Below are positions 1 to 8,937 of a stretch of DNA of 64,000 bases, piece by piece (position 1 is the stretch's first letter; every line of letters begins with the position of its first letter). The notes below the pieces were generated by a model that did not search any database, was not told the DNA's origin, and saw nothing but the letters and a program-made list of their open reading frames with translations. The stretch is taken from positions 19,974 to 83,973 of the forward strand of contig CAZETS010000012.1 of NCBI GenBank assembly GCA_964515335.1, given 5' to 3'. The translations under genes were made by a program, and so were the position numbers. This stretch comes from an uncultured Spirochaetaceae bacterium (GTDB taxonomy: Bacteria > Myxococcota_A > UBA9160 > UBA4427).

Positions 1-889
1 CTTCGAGGGTCGGCGGCGTAGCGGGAATCGATCGCAGCACCACGTCGAAGCCGCGCTGCTGGCGGTAGGCGTTGGCGCGAAAGCGCCCGACTCCCTCGAG
101 GTCGAGGCAGAAGTCGAGCTCGCCGTCGCGGCAGAGCTCGGCGCGCTGCTCGGCGTCGAGGGCCGCGGCGACCAGGCGCCCGGCCGTCTCGCGATCGAAC
201 TGCGTGCCACCGTGCTCGCCGAGCTCGCCGGCAACGCGCAGCTCGAGGGCGCCCTCGCCGTGGATGTGGACGTCGCTCGCGCCGGCCTCGATGGCCGCGG
301 CGAGGATCCGGTGCAGCTGCTGCTCGGCGGCGGCATCGGGCTCGGGCAGAACGAGCTCGAGCGAGGCGGGCCCGTCCCCGGACGGAGCCGGCGCCGGCGT
401 GGCCTGGTCGGGTGCCGCGGGCGGGACGGCCGGGACCTGCGGCGGGCGAGCAGCCGTACCGGACCCGGTGGCGGCGTCGGTCGCCGGCGGCGGTGCGGGC
501 CGGGCCGCCGCAGGCGGTGGCTCGGCGATCTCGCGCACCACCTCCTGGGTGACCGGCGCCGCGTCGTGCAGCGCGCGGGTCGCCGCGCCGTGCACAGCGG
601 CCCCGTCCGGCGCCGGCGCGGCTGTTCGCTGTGCTGCGGGCCGCGGGCTCGCCGCGGCGGCGCCTCCCCCGGCAGCCGACTGCCGCGCGCGATGCTTCTC
701 CACCAGGTCGCGCTGCACGCTGACGAGCTTCGCGAGCTGCCTGTCGTCGACCAAACCCTGGGCGAGCAGCACCTCGCCGAGCTTCTGGTCGGGCCGCTGG
801 GCGGTGACCGCCTCGACGAGCTGCTGGGGCGTGATGAGCTTGAGCTGCACCGCCAGGCGGCCGATCAGCGCGGGCTTCTTCTGGGTCAT
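1..889 (-). CDS. PilT/PilU-family type IV pilus ATPase with N-terminal MshEN-like domain (runs off left edge)
   Basis: Not in the ORF track. Manual translation gives MTQKKPALIGRLAVQ...KLGEVLLAQGLV..., an Ala/Pro linker, then GASDVHI and ELDFCLDLEGVGRFRANAYRQQRGFDVVLRSIP, typical of the PilT N-domain. Alternative in-frame ATG at 904. Confidence 0.8.
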   Translation of the reverse strand, partial: MTQKKPALIGRLAVQLKLITPQQLVEAVTAQRPDQKLGEVLLAQGLVDDRQLAKLVSVQRDLVEKHRARQSAAGGGAAAASPRPAAQRTAAPAPDGAAVHGAATRALHDAAPVTQEVVREIAEPPPAAARPAPPPATDAATGSGTAARPPQVPAVPPAAPDQATPAPAPSGDGPASLELVLPEPDAAAEQQLHRILAAAIEAGASDVHIHGEGALELRVAGELGEHGGTQFDRETAGRLVAAALDAEQRAELCRDGELDFCLDLEGVGRFRANAYRQQRGFDVVLRSIPATPPTLE

Positions 890-1030
890 CGTAAACGGAC
901 TCATCGGCCGGCGTGATCGTGCCGTTGAGCGACGATCGCTCGGGCCCGGTACGCTGCCAGCCGTCGCGCAGGCCGCCCGGTCGCCGCGGCCGTGACGCCC
1001 CCGGATTCCCACCAGCCTGGAGAGCCCGCC

Positions 1031-1372
1031 ATGTCGCCGGAGCAGCCGGCCGCGCCGCCCGATCTGACCGGCCAGCAGCGCAAGTGGCTGCGCGGCCGCG
1101 CCCACGCCCTCAAGCCCATCGTCCACGTCGGCGAGGCAGGGCTGAGCGACGCCGTCCTCGCGGCCGCCGACGCCGCGCTCGGCGACCACGAGCTGGTGAA
1201 GGTGCGCCTCCACGACCCCGCGGACAAGAAGGCCGCGGCCCGGCAGCTGGCCGAAGCGACGCATGCGGCGCTCTGCGGCCTCGTCGGCCACACCGTCATC
1301 CTCTACCGGCCGCGGGCCGACGGGCCGCGCCTCGAGGTGCCGGGCCTGACCGACGCGAACGCGAACGGCTGA
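1031..1372 (+). CDS. yhbY: YhbY/CRM-domain RNA-binding protein
   Basis: LTGQQRKWLRGRAHALKPIVHVG...HELVKV...VGHTVILYR signature. Alternative GTG start at 992. Confidence 0.9.
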   Translation: MSPEQPAAPPDLTGQQRKWLRGRAHALKPIVHVGEAGLSDAVLAAADAALGDHELVKVRLHDPADKKAAARQLAEATHAALCGLVGHTVILYRPRADGPRLEVPGLTDANANG

Positions 1373-1446
1373 CCGGCCCGCCGCTCGCGGGTCACTCCCT
1401 GTTCAGCTCCGGCGCGTCCGGGGTCGCACACCCGGCACGCCGAGAC

Positions 1447-1776
1447 CTAGCGGGGCTGCCTGGTTGCGACCGCGGGCGGCGTCGCGGCCGCGGGCGTGCG
1501 GTACATGTGCTGGTACGAGACCGCATCGGGCCCCCAGCGCCACTCCTGCGGCAGCGGCGGAGCCGGCGACTCGGCGCGCACCGTATTCGAGGCGGGAATC
1601 TGCAACGCCGCAAAGCCCGCGGAGATCAGGGCAGCCACGACCGCTGCCAGAATCAGGTCGTGATACCCCTCGAGTGACGCCGCCACGCGCTCGGCGAGCG
1701 GAAGCCTGCTGCTAGCCGAAGACCTCGCCCCCTTGGCGACGAAGCCGTCGGAACCAATCGAACTCGAACCCACCAT
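1447..1776 (-). CDS. Small hypothetical single-pass membrane protein
   Basis: GGAGGAG RBS before the ATG at 1776; hydrophobic segment LILAAVVAALISAGFAAL; candidate sigma54 promoter upstream. Confidence 0.6.
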   Translation of the reverse strand: MVGSSSIGSDGFVAKGARSSASSRLPLAERVAASLEGYHDLILAAVVAALISAGFAALQIPASNTVRAESPAPPLPQEWRWGPDAVSYQHMYRTPAAATPPAVATRQPR

Positions 1777-1859
1777 CAAACCGATCTCCTCCAAGCACCC
1801 CGTGGCTCGCTGCACCGACACAGAACAACGCAAGCCAACGCGGTGCCTCACGAGTCAAC

Positions 1860-1875
1860 GCAAGCCGCATGCCAG
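1860..1875 (-). promoter_or_regulatory. Sigma-54 (-24/-12) promoter candidate
   Basis: Minus strand reads CTGGCATGCGGCTTGC = TGGCAY-N5-TTGC, about 85 bp upstream of the 1776 start. Confidence 0.65.
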
Positions 1876-2098
1876 CTCCGCCGCACCGGCTTCGTTCGAG
1901 ATCGGCCCGCTCCGATCGCGCAGCTCAGCGCTTCCCACCGCTGAAACGCGGGCTAGCGAGGCCTCGAGCACGTCGCATCGCCTCACGCCCGGGAGCACGC
2001 TCGCCCCCTGGCGCCCCCGGCACCCGGCCCGCATGCCACGCCAGGCGGCGGGTGCCTCCGGATGCGGCGGGATCGTTGCTGGCGAGTTGCCGCCCCGC

Positions 2099-3082
2099 CT
2101 ACCAGCCTCTCAGGTCGATCGCCCAGGCGTCGACTACGTCGTCACCGTCGACTACGTAGAGCCGCTCGTGGTAGGCGAGGGTCGGGTCGACGTGGGCCGG
2201 CACCACGCGGATCCGGTCGCCCGGCCGCATGGGGCGCTCGGGCGCGAAGGTCACATGCTCGTCCGAGCAGAACCACACGCGCGCGTCCGCGATCTCCGGG
2301 TTGCCGTGATCCATCCCGAGCGACTTGAGCCCGCAATCGCCCACCACGTACTGCTCCGACACGGAGATCACTGTGGAAAGTACCCAGAAGGCCTGCTCGA
2401 ACGGCAGGCCGAGCTTGCCGTACGCCGTATCCAGCAGCGCGTAGCTTCCGGCCTGGATCTCGGTGGCGACCTCGTTGCAGTCGAAGGTGCCGGTCCCGCC
2501 CGCCGAAACGACGTCGCCGCCGACGTCGACGTGCGCGGCCGCCAGCAGCGCCATGCTGTCGCGACAGCCGGCCTCGCGCTTCTCGCGCTCGGCAACGCCG
2601 ACCACGTGCCCCTCGTAGCCCATCACGCCCCGCACCGAGAGCCCCCGGCTGCGCGCGAGATCGGCGAGCCGGCCGGCCTCTTCCGGCGCGCAGCCGCAGC
2701 GCGGCAGTCCCACGTTCACGTCGATCAGGCACTCGCTCACGCCCCCGGCCACTGCGGCTTCGATGGTCTCGGCCGAGTCGACCGCCACGGTCACCCGCGC
2801 ATCGAGTGCCCCGAGCCGCCGAGCGTCGAGCACCTCGTTGGCGAGCAGCAGGTCCTCGCCGAGCCCGGCGCGCGCCATCCCCTCCATCTCGCGCACCGTC
2901 GCGCAGCAGAAGTTCGCGTGCCCGTGCGCAAGCTGCCTCTCCGCCAACGCCGTGCACTTGTGCGCCTTCACGTGCGGCCGCAACCGCGCCCCGGGCAGCA
3001 CCTCGCTCATCCTCGCGAGGTTCCGCTCGAGCACCGCCCCGTCGACCAGCAACGCCGGCGTAGCCAGATCACCGACCTTCAT
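2099..3082 (-). CDS. Fold-type III PLP enzyme, D-threonine aldolase/DSD1 family
   Basis: TPALLVD, RPHVKAHK (PLP Lys), GGTGT, EIQAGSY, SDEH. PAHVDPT carries His/Asp metal ligands as in D-threonine aldolases. Confidence 0.85.
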   Translation of the reverse strand: MKVGDLATPALLVDGAVLERNLARMSEVLPGARLRPHVKAHKCTALAERQLAHGHANFCCATVREMEGMARAGLGEDLLLANEVLDARRLGALDARVTVAVDSAETIEAAVAGGVSECLIDVNVGLPRCGCAPEEAGRLADLARSRGLSVRGVMGYEGHVVGVAEREKREAGCRDSMALLAAAHVDVGGDVVSAGGTGTFDCNEVATEIQAGSYALLDTAYGKLGLPFEQAFWVLSTVISVSEQYVVGDCGLKSLGMDHGNPEIADARVWFCSDEHVTFAPERPMRPGDRIRVVPAHVDPTLAYHERLYVVDGDDVVDAWAIDLRGW

Positions 3083-3146
3083 GCCGCTCCCACCCCATCC
3101 CCGAGGCCGTCACGCGCCGAAGTGCGGTCGGGCGTATCCCGCAGCC

Positions 3147-3923
3147 CTACCTGGTCTTCCCGACCGCGCTGTACCAATTGCTCTCGGGATACTTCTGCTT
3201 CCGCTTCGTGATCTTCTTGTTGATGTCGACGTCGAGCTTGACGTACGCCTGACCGTCGTACCTGGGCAGGTACTCGAGCACCGGCTCCTCGATCATCACC
3301 AGGGTCCGGGCGGCATTCTTCTCCTCGATGCGATCGAGCAGCGGAACGATCAGCTTCGACGAGCCCATCACCTGGATGTCCACGGTGCGCAGCGTGCCGC
3401 CCTTGTCGACGTACTTGCGCCGTCTTTCGATGATTTCCTTGATCGACGAGAGGGCCAGCTCACGCGTGCCTTCGTCGGTCGACGACAGCACCTTGACGAG
3501 CTTCGGCACCTCATCGACCTGCTTGATGTTCTTGAAGGTCACCTTGGAAAGCCGACGCGCCTCCTTGACGACCTCGGGCTTGTCGTTGCGATCGACGAAG
3601 TAGATCAGGTCGTCGATGTCCTTCGAGGTCAGCCTCTTCTCCAGCTGGAGCTTGAAGGACTTGAACATCTCCTTGTCGTACTTCGTGCCGTTGAAGACGT
3701 ACTCCTGCAAATAGCTGAAGGCGAGGAACATGGCGCCGACGGTCTGCTTGCGGTGCGGTTCGGCGAGCTCGATGACCTTGCCGTACTCGTCGTTATCGAA
3801 GAGCACCTTGGCGCGGCGTACCCAGGTCTGCTCGGCTGGAGCGACTCCGGCCAGCGCTACCACCGAAGCGCCGATCAGTCCCGCGATCAATCGCCGCCAC
3901 AAACCCGGCGACGCCGTGCCCAT
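3147..3923 (-). CDS. Hypothetical exported alpha-helical (HEAT-like) protein
   Basis: Signal-like N-terminus RRLIAGLIGASVVALAGVAPA; Lys-rich helical body; coding-like codon pattern. Confidence 0.7.
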   Translation of the reverse strand: MGTASPGLWRRLIAGLIGASVVALAGVAPAEQTWVRRAKVLFDNDEYGKVIELAEPHRKQTVGAMFLAFSYLQEYVFNGTKYDKEMFKSFKLQLEKRLTSKDIDDLIYFVDRNDKPEVVKEARRLSKVTFKNIKQVDEVPKLVKVLSSTDEGTRELALSSIKEIIERRRKYVDKGGTLRTVDIQVMGSSKLIVPLLDRIEEKNAARTLVMIEEPVLEYLPRYDGQAYVKLDVDINKKITKRKQKYPESNWYSAVGKTR

Positions 3924-4013
3924 GAGTACCTCTCGCTCACGATTCGGGTCGTTCATTGTGGTCCTGACCCCCGGATGGCACGGCACGCCCGACCGGTCTC
4001 GAACTCGCACTCG

Positions 4014-4637
4014 CTAGAACCGGCACAGCAGCCCCATCTTCAGGATGCCGACGCCGGTCAAGGCACCGTTGTTGGTTACGTAGTAGTTGCCCTCCACTAT
4101 GGTGCCCCAATGTTTCGTGAGCATCACGTCTACACCCACACCTATTCGTGTCAGAAGCACCGTCTGGTTGACCGAACCGAAGGCCGGCCCCACACCGACC
4201 GGCTGCTGCTCGGCCAGACCCGTACCGATGCCGAAGCTCACGTTCGGTTGGACCCACTGAGGGATCCAGGTCGGCACGAAGGCCATCGGGTACAGGACCG
4301 CTGCGACACCGAGTGAGGTCAGCGACGCGCGCTGCAGACTGCCGTCTGTGAGGCGCACCAACTCGCCCCCGCCCACCCAGTTGAACTCGACCTCGGCGGC
4401 CGCCCAGCGATTGAAGCGGTACCCACCGCCGAACGAGAAGCCGGTCATCGTGCCGTTGTCGATCGGCAACAACCCGGCGGCCAGGTTGTTCCACCCGAGA
4501 GCGAGACCGATGTCTGCGTAGAAGCCGTGAGCGTCCGTGTACGTCTGGGCAGACGCGGGACGCGCGGTGGCGACCACCAGCGCGCCCAACACGAGCAGCC
4601 ACGAGGCGGCCAACGCCGGGAGTCGGGACGAGGACAT
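4014..4637 (-). CDS. Outer-membrane beta-barrel protein (OmpA-like/porin family)
   Basis: Signal peptide ending ASA, GFYADIGLALG, GGGYRFNRWAAAEVEF, C-terminal Phe. Confidence 0.75.
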   Translation of the reverse strand: MSSSRLPALAASWLLVLGALVVATARPASAQTYTDAHGFYADIGLALGWNNLAAGLLPIDNGTMTGFSFGGGYRFNRWAAAEVEFNWVGGGELVRLTDGSLQRASLTSLGVAAVLYPMAFVPTWIPQWVQPNVSFGIGTGLAEQQPVGVGPAFGSVNQTVLLTRIGVGVDVMLTKHWGTIVEGNYYVTNNGALTGVGILKMGLLCRF

Positions 4638-4825
4638 CGATCGCCTGAACACGGGCGGCCGAGCTTAACAGCACCCCCATTCGGCGGGCCACGGCCGACT
4701 CGGCGCCCGCGGCGTCGAGAGCACTCGCATCGCGCAGCGGCCGGGGAGGAGGAGGGGGGAGGAAGGAGGAGGAGGGCGAGGAGGGGCGCGAAGGGGGAAT
4801 TCCCCGCACAGCCGCTGTCGTGCGG

Positions 4826-5509
4826 TCAGTCGGTCGAGCCCGCGCAGGCCCTGCAGACCGTCGTGTCGGTCAGTCCCTGTGCGCCGAGGCCGAGGTACGC
4901 GTGGGCGCCGCGGCGCAGCTCCACCCCGCAGCCCGCGCAGGTGCGAGCGTGATTCAGCACCAGCCGCTGCCAGCCGAGCACTTCGGAAAACTCCGGCCGG
5001 GCCCGCGCAGCGCCGGACGACCCGGCGGCCGGCTCGTCCACCGCACCGCCACCTGACTCCGCCTTCTCGTCGCGGCGCAGCTCGCGCTCGACGGTCTCGT
5101 CGAAGCGCTGCGCACGCTCGGGGCGCTCCTCGCTCCGCCGGCGGCCGCGCGCGCGCTGACGGCCCGCCCTTCGGCGAACGCGTTCGCGTGCCTCCTGGGC
5201 CTCGTCGAGCACGTCTTCGAAGAGCCCGCCGACGTCGTCCGAGACCGACTCGACCACCGTGAACACCTCCTCGAGCACGTTCCGCACGAGGTTCGAGGCC
5301 GGCACCCTCAAGTCGTCGGCGAGCCGACGGATGTCGTCCGCGAGCTGATCCGAGATGCGCGTGTGCAGGACGCGCTCCTTGCGGCCGCCGTGGTGATGGT
5401 GGCGCCGGCGAGGCCGACGGCGCTGCTGCCCGCCGCCGGCGCTGGACTCGCCGTGGCGAGGGTCTTCGGCCCGCTGCTCCCGTCCGTGATGGTCGTCGCT
5501 GTGTGTCAT
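4826..5509 (-). CDS. Ribbon-helix-helix-like protein with C-terminal CxxC...CxxC zinc finger
   Basis: VLHTRISDQLADDIRRLADDLRVPASNLVRNVLEE is RHH-like; C-terminal CAGC...CRAC. Confidence 0.65.
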   Translation of the reverse strand: MTHSDDHHGREQRAEDPRHGESSAGGGQQRRRPRRRHHHHGGRKERVLHTRISDQLADDIRRLADDLRVPASNLVRNVLEEVFTVVESVSDDVGGLFEDVLDEAQEARERVRRRAGRQRARGRRRSEERPERAQRFDETVERELRRDEKAESGGGAVDEPAAGSSGAARARPEFSEVLGWQRLVLNHARTCAGCGVELRRGAHAYLGLGAQGLTDTTVCRACAGSTD

Positions 5510-5692
5510 GGTGAAATACAATGTGCTTCATCGTGATACATCCGGCAATGCAGCACCCGGGCGGCACCTCGCACCGATCCGGCCGTGGACGCAGCTCCGC
5601 CCTCGAGCCCCGGAATCGAAGGGGAGATTTCGATTCGAAACGCCTTCCCCCGAAGGGGCGGTCGCCAGTCAGACCGCGCTTCAGACCGCGCG

Positions 5693-6628
5693 TCAGACGT
5701 ACGTGAGCCAGTCCGCGTAGCGCTCGTCGCGACCCGTCACGACATCGAAGAAGGCCGCCTGCAGCTCCTCGGCGACCGGGCCGCGCTTGCCCGCGCCGAC
5801 CTGCCGGTGGTCGACCTCGCGGATCGGGGTCACCTCGGCGGCGGTGCCGGTCAGGAAGATCTCGTCGGCCACGTACAGGTCGTCGCGCGTCACCGGGGCC
5901 TCGGCGACCCGGTAGCCCCGGTCCTCTGCGAGGCGGATCAGCGTGTCGCGGGTGATGCCGTGCAGCACGGTGGCGAGCGGCGGCGTGCGGATCTCGCCGT
6001 TGCGCACGACGAAGATGTTCTCGCCCGTGCACTCGGAGACGAGGCCGAGGGTGTCGAGCATGATCGCCTCGTCGTAGCCGTCGAGCAGCGCCTCGCGCTT
6101 GGCGAGGATCGAGTTCACGTAGTCGCCGCAGGTCTTGCCGTTGGTCATCTTGGCGTTGACGTGGTGGCGCGCGAAGGTCGAGACCTTGGCGCGGATGCCT
6201 CGCGCCATGCCCTCCTCGCCCAGGTACTTCCCCCAGGCCCAGGAGATGATCGCGACCCGCACGGGGTTGTCACCCGGGTCCAGACCCATCGCGCCGTCGC
6301 CCAGGAAGACGAGCGGACGAATGTACCCCTCGTCGAGGTGATTGCGGCGCAGGCTCTCGAGCACGGCGTCCTGCACGAGCGGTAGGGCGTAGGGGACGTC
6401 GAGCAGGTTGATGTGCGCCGACTCGTAGAGGCGCCGCATGTGCTCGGGGAGGCGGAAGACAGCCGAGCGCTCGTCGTGGGTGCGGTAGCAGCGGATGCCC
6501 TCGAACACGCCCAGCCCGTAGTGGAGGCTGTGGGTCAGCACATGCACGCGCGCCTCGTCCCACGGCACGAACTCGCCGTCGAGCCAGATCGCTTCGCCGG
6601 TCACGCCCTTGCTGGCGTCGTCGCCCAT
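5693..6628 (-). CDS. ilvE: Branched-chain amino acid aminotransferase
   Basis: IWLDGEFVPW, LHYGLGVFEGIR, GYDEAIMLD, GENIF, GITRDT, EIFLTGTAAEVTPI; GGAGG RBS upstream. Confidence 0.95.
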   Translation of the reverse strand: MGDDASKGVTGEAIWLDGEFVPWDEARVHVLTHSLHYGLGVFEGIRCYRTHDERSAVFRLPEHMRRLYESAHINLLDVPYALPLVQDAVLESLRRNHLDEGYIRPLVFLGDGAMGLDPGDNPVRVAIISWAWGKYLGEEGMARGIRAKVSTFARHHVNAKMTNGKTCGDYVNSILAKREALLDGYDEAIMLDTLGLVSECTGENIFVVRNGEIRTPPLATVLHGITRDTLIRLAEDRGYRVAEAPVTRDDLYVADEIFLTGTAAEVTPIREVDHRQVGAGKRGPVAEELQAAFFDVVTGRDERYADWLTYV

Positions 6629-6743
6629 CGCTCGACCCTGCCTCCCTGCGCCCACACCGACGCGGCGCGTAACGGCGCCGGATCGGGAAGCGGACATTCT
6701 CGCGATCCGCTCGCCCCCTCGCAATCCGGATCGCGAGGCGGTC

Positions 6744-8687
6744 TCAGCGGCGCTTGAGGACCCGGCCGATCAGTCCTCGCCCCTTGTCGCGACGCATGTT
6801 CAGCAGACGCAGCTCGCGCAGCGCCTCGACGCAGTCCGGTCGCAGCTGCACGGCCCGCGTGAAGGCCTTCTCGGCCGGCTCCGTTTTGCCGAGCACCTTG
6901 TAGAGGCGCCCGAGGAAGAGATAGGGCAGCTCGTGGTCGCGGGCGAGCCGCATCCCTTCCCGGACGTGTTCGATCGCCTCCTGGATCATCACGTCGTTGT
7001 CGGGATGACGCAGATGCAGACACCAGCCGTAGTAGGCGTGGTAGAGCCCCTCCTCGGGCATCTGCTCGAGGGCCCTGCCGAAGAAGGCCAGCGCGCCCTC
7101 GTAGTCGCGCTGGCTCAGTGCCGACTCGCCGCGCTGGAAGGCCGTCTCGGCCGAGAGGATCCGGCGCGAGCGCAGCTGCTCGCGCTGCGACTCGATGTCG
7201 CGCTTCAGCTCGTCCGCGTAGGCGGCGCGCGCGCCGGCGTCGCGCAGCGCGTCGTACGCACGGGTGAAGAGCCGGTAGATCTCGTCGGCCACCTGACGGA
7301 CGGCGCCGCTCGACGAGCGGTAGCGATCGGGGTGCACGCGCTCGATCTGCTGCTCGTACGCGGTCCGCACCGACGCGTCGTCGGCAATGGTCGGCAGGCC
7401 GAGCACCTCGTAGTGATTCTTGTCGCGCAGCGTCTGCCCGAGCGCCGTCAGCTCGCCGCGCAGCAGCGCGTCGTCGCGGACGGCCTCGGACTCGCTGTGG
7501 TCGCGAGCCACGCGCTCGGGCCGCGGCCCGGCCGGCGCCACCTCCGACGACAGCTCGAGCAGCTCGGTGATCGCGAGGGCGTAGAGGGTGCGGCGGACCC
7601 GCTCGGGCGCGTCGAGGTAGTCGGCCAGCGGGCGGACCGGATCGAGGTCGGCGATCAGCGCAGCCTCCTCGTCGCTCGGCTCGAAGCTCTGGAAGCGATT
7701 GAACGGGTTCTCGGCCGGCGTGAGGTACACCGATCCGTGCGCCGCGATGAATTCGTCGACGCGGCGGATCGTCACGTGGCGCCGGGCCGCCGCCCAGATG
7801 AGGCTCGCCGGCGAGTCGCAGAGTGCGAGCGCCGCCGCCCGCTGCAGCTTCTTGCCGGCTTCGAAGCGGTAGCGACCCCGCCGCCACTCGAAGATCTCGA
7901 GCAGCTTGGCCTCGCCCTGCTCGCGCAGCGCCGCGGCGACGGTCTCCTCGTCGAGAACCTGCATGGCGACGAGGATCTCGCCCTGCAGTCCCTCACCGCG
8001 CTTCACCCGGCGGAGCGACTCGTCGAGCACGTCCTGTGTGAGCTTGCCGCGACGCGCCAGCATGTTGCCGAGGCACTCGGTCACCAGGTTCGAGCGCACG
8101 GCCACCGGGTAGCCGTCGCGAAGCTCGATGGCCTTCTTCTTCTTGCCGTTCTCGGCGAACAGCACGCCGCGCGCCCGAGCGCCATGCAGCGCGTGCAGGA
8201 GCGCCCCGAAGTGCACCTCGCGCAGCGAGCCGCGGCCCGGCGGCGCCGTGCGCCGTTCGGCGTCGGCGTCGGCGTCGGAAGCGGTATTGGCAGCGGCAGC
8301 GGCGTCGCCTTCCACGGGCTTGACCAGCCGACCCACCTGCTCGACGAGGTCGCCGAGCGGGATCGGCTTCGCGCGTAGCACCAGGTCGCCCATCGCTTCG
8401 GCGCGTCGCCGGGCGTCGGGGCCGACCCGGCCCGAGCAGAGCAGCAGCGCCGGCAGCGAGCGCCCGGGCCCGTCGCCCGCGCGCAGCCGCTCGACCACCG
8501 TGTAGCCGTCGCAGCGCGGCAGTACGGCGTCGAGCACCAGCCCGTCGACACCTTCCTCGCCGGCGGCCGACAGCGCGAGGTCGCCGTCGTGCACCGGCAC
8601 GACCCGGTAGCCGGCGTCCTGCAGCGCCTGTCGGTGGATCGCGCCGAGGCCGGCGTCGGATTGGGCGTAGACGATGGTGGGGCGCAT
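6744..8687 (-). CDS. Receiver + DUF4388-like + DnaJ (J) domain + TPR protein
   Basis: REC: VLDAVLPRCDGY...KP. DUF4388-like: GSLREVHFGALL...EIFEWRRGRYRF. J-domain: NHYEVLGL...VHPDRY. C-terminal TPRs. Confidence 0.8.
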   Translation of the reverse strand: MRPTIVYAQSDAGLGAIHRQALQDAGYRVVPVHDGDLALSAAGEEGVDGLVLDAVLPRCDGYTVVERLRAGDGPGRSLPALLLCSGRVGPDARRRAEAMGDLVLRAKPIPLGDLVEQVGRLVKPVEGDAAAAANTASDADADAERRTAPPGRGSLREVHFGALLHALHGARARGVLFAENGKKKKAIELRDGYPVAVRSNLVTECLGNMLARRGKLTQDVLDESLRRVKRGEGLQGEILVAMQVLDEETVAAALREQGEAKLLEIFEWRRGRYRFEAGKKLQRAAALALCDSPASLIWAAARRHVTIRRVDEFIAAHGSVYLTPAENPFNRFQSFEPSDEEAALIADLDPVRPLADYLDAPERVRRTLYALAITELLELSSEVAPAGPRPERVARDHSESEAVRDDALLRGELTALGQTLRDKNHYEVLGLPTIADDASVRTAYEQQIERVHPDRYRSSSGAVRQVADEIYRLFTRAYDALRDAGARAAYADELKRDIESQREQLRSRRILSAETAFQRGESALSQRDYEGALAFFGRALEQMPEEGLYHAYYGWCLHLRHPDNDVMIQEAIEHVREGMRLARDHELPYLFLGRLYKVLGKTEPAEKAFTRAVQLRPDCVEALRELRLLNMRRDKGRGLIGRVLKRR

Positions 8688-8937
8688 CGGTCCGTACTCC
8701 TGCTGCCGCCGCCCCCGCTCCGGCATCCGGGACGAACCGCCGAGAGCGGATCGCCCGCCCCAACTGTGTTGATCGACCCACACTCGGGTCGATCTTTAGT
8801 GTGGGGCTCACGCAGGGGGCGGGGCGACGGCCCGCGGACGGCGCCGAGCCGGAGAGGGGGCGCTACAGCGCGACGGATACGCCCCGAGGGGCACGGGCCT
8901 GCACGCGCAGGCCAGCACCAATCTCGTGGGCACCCCT

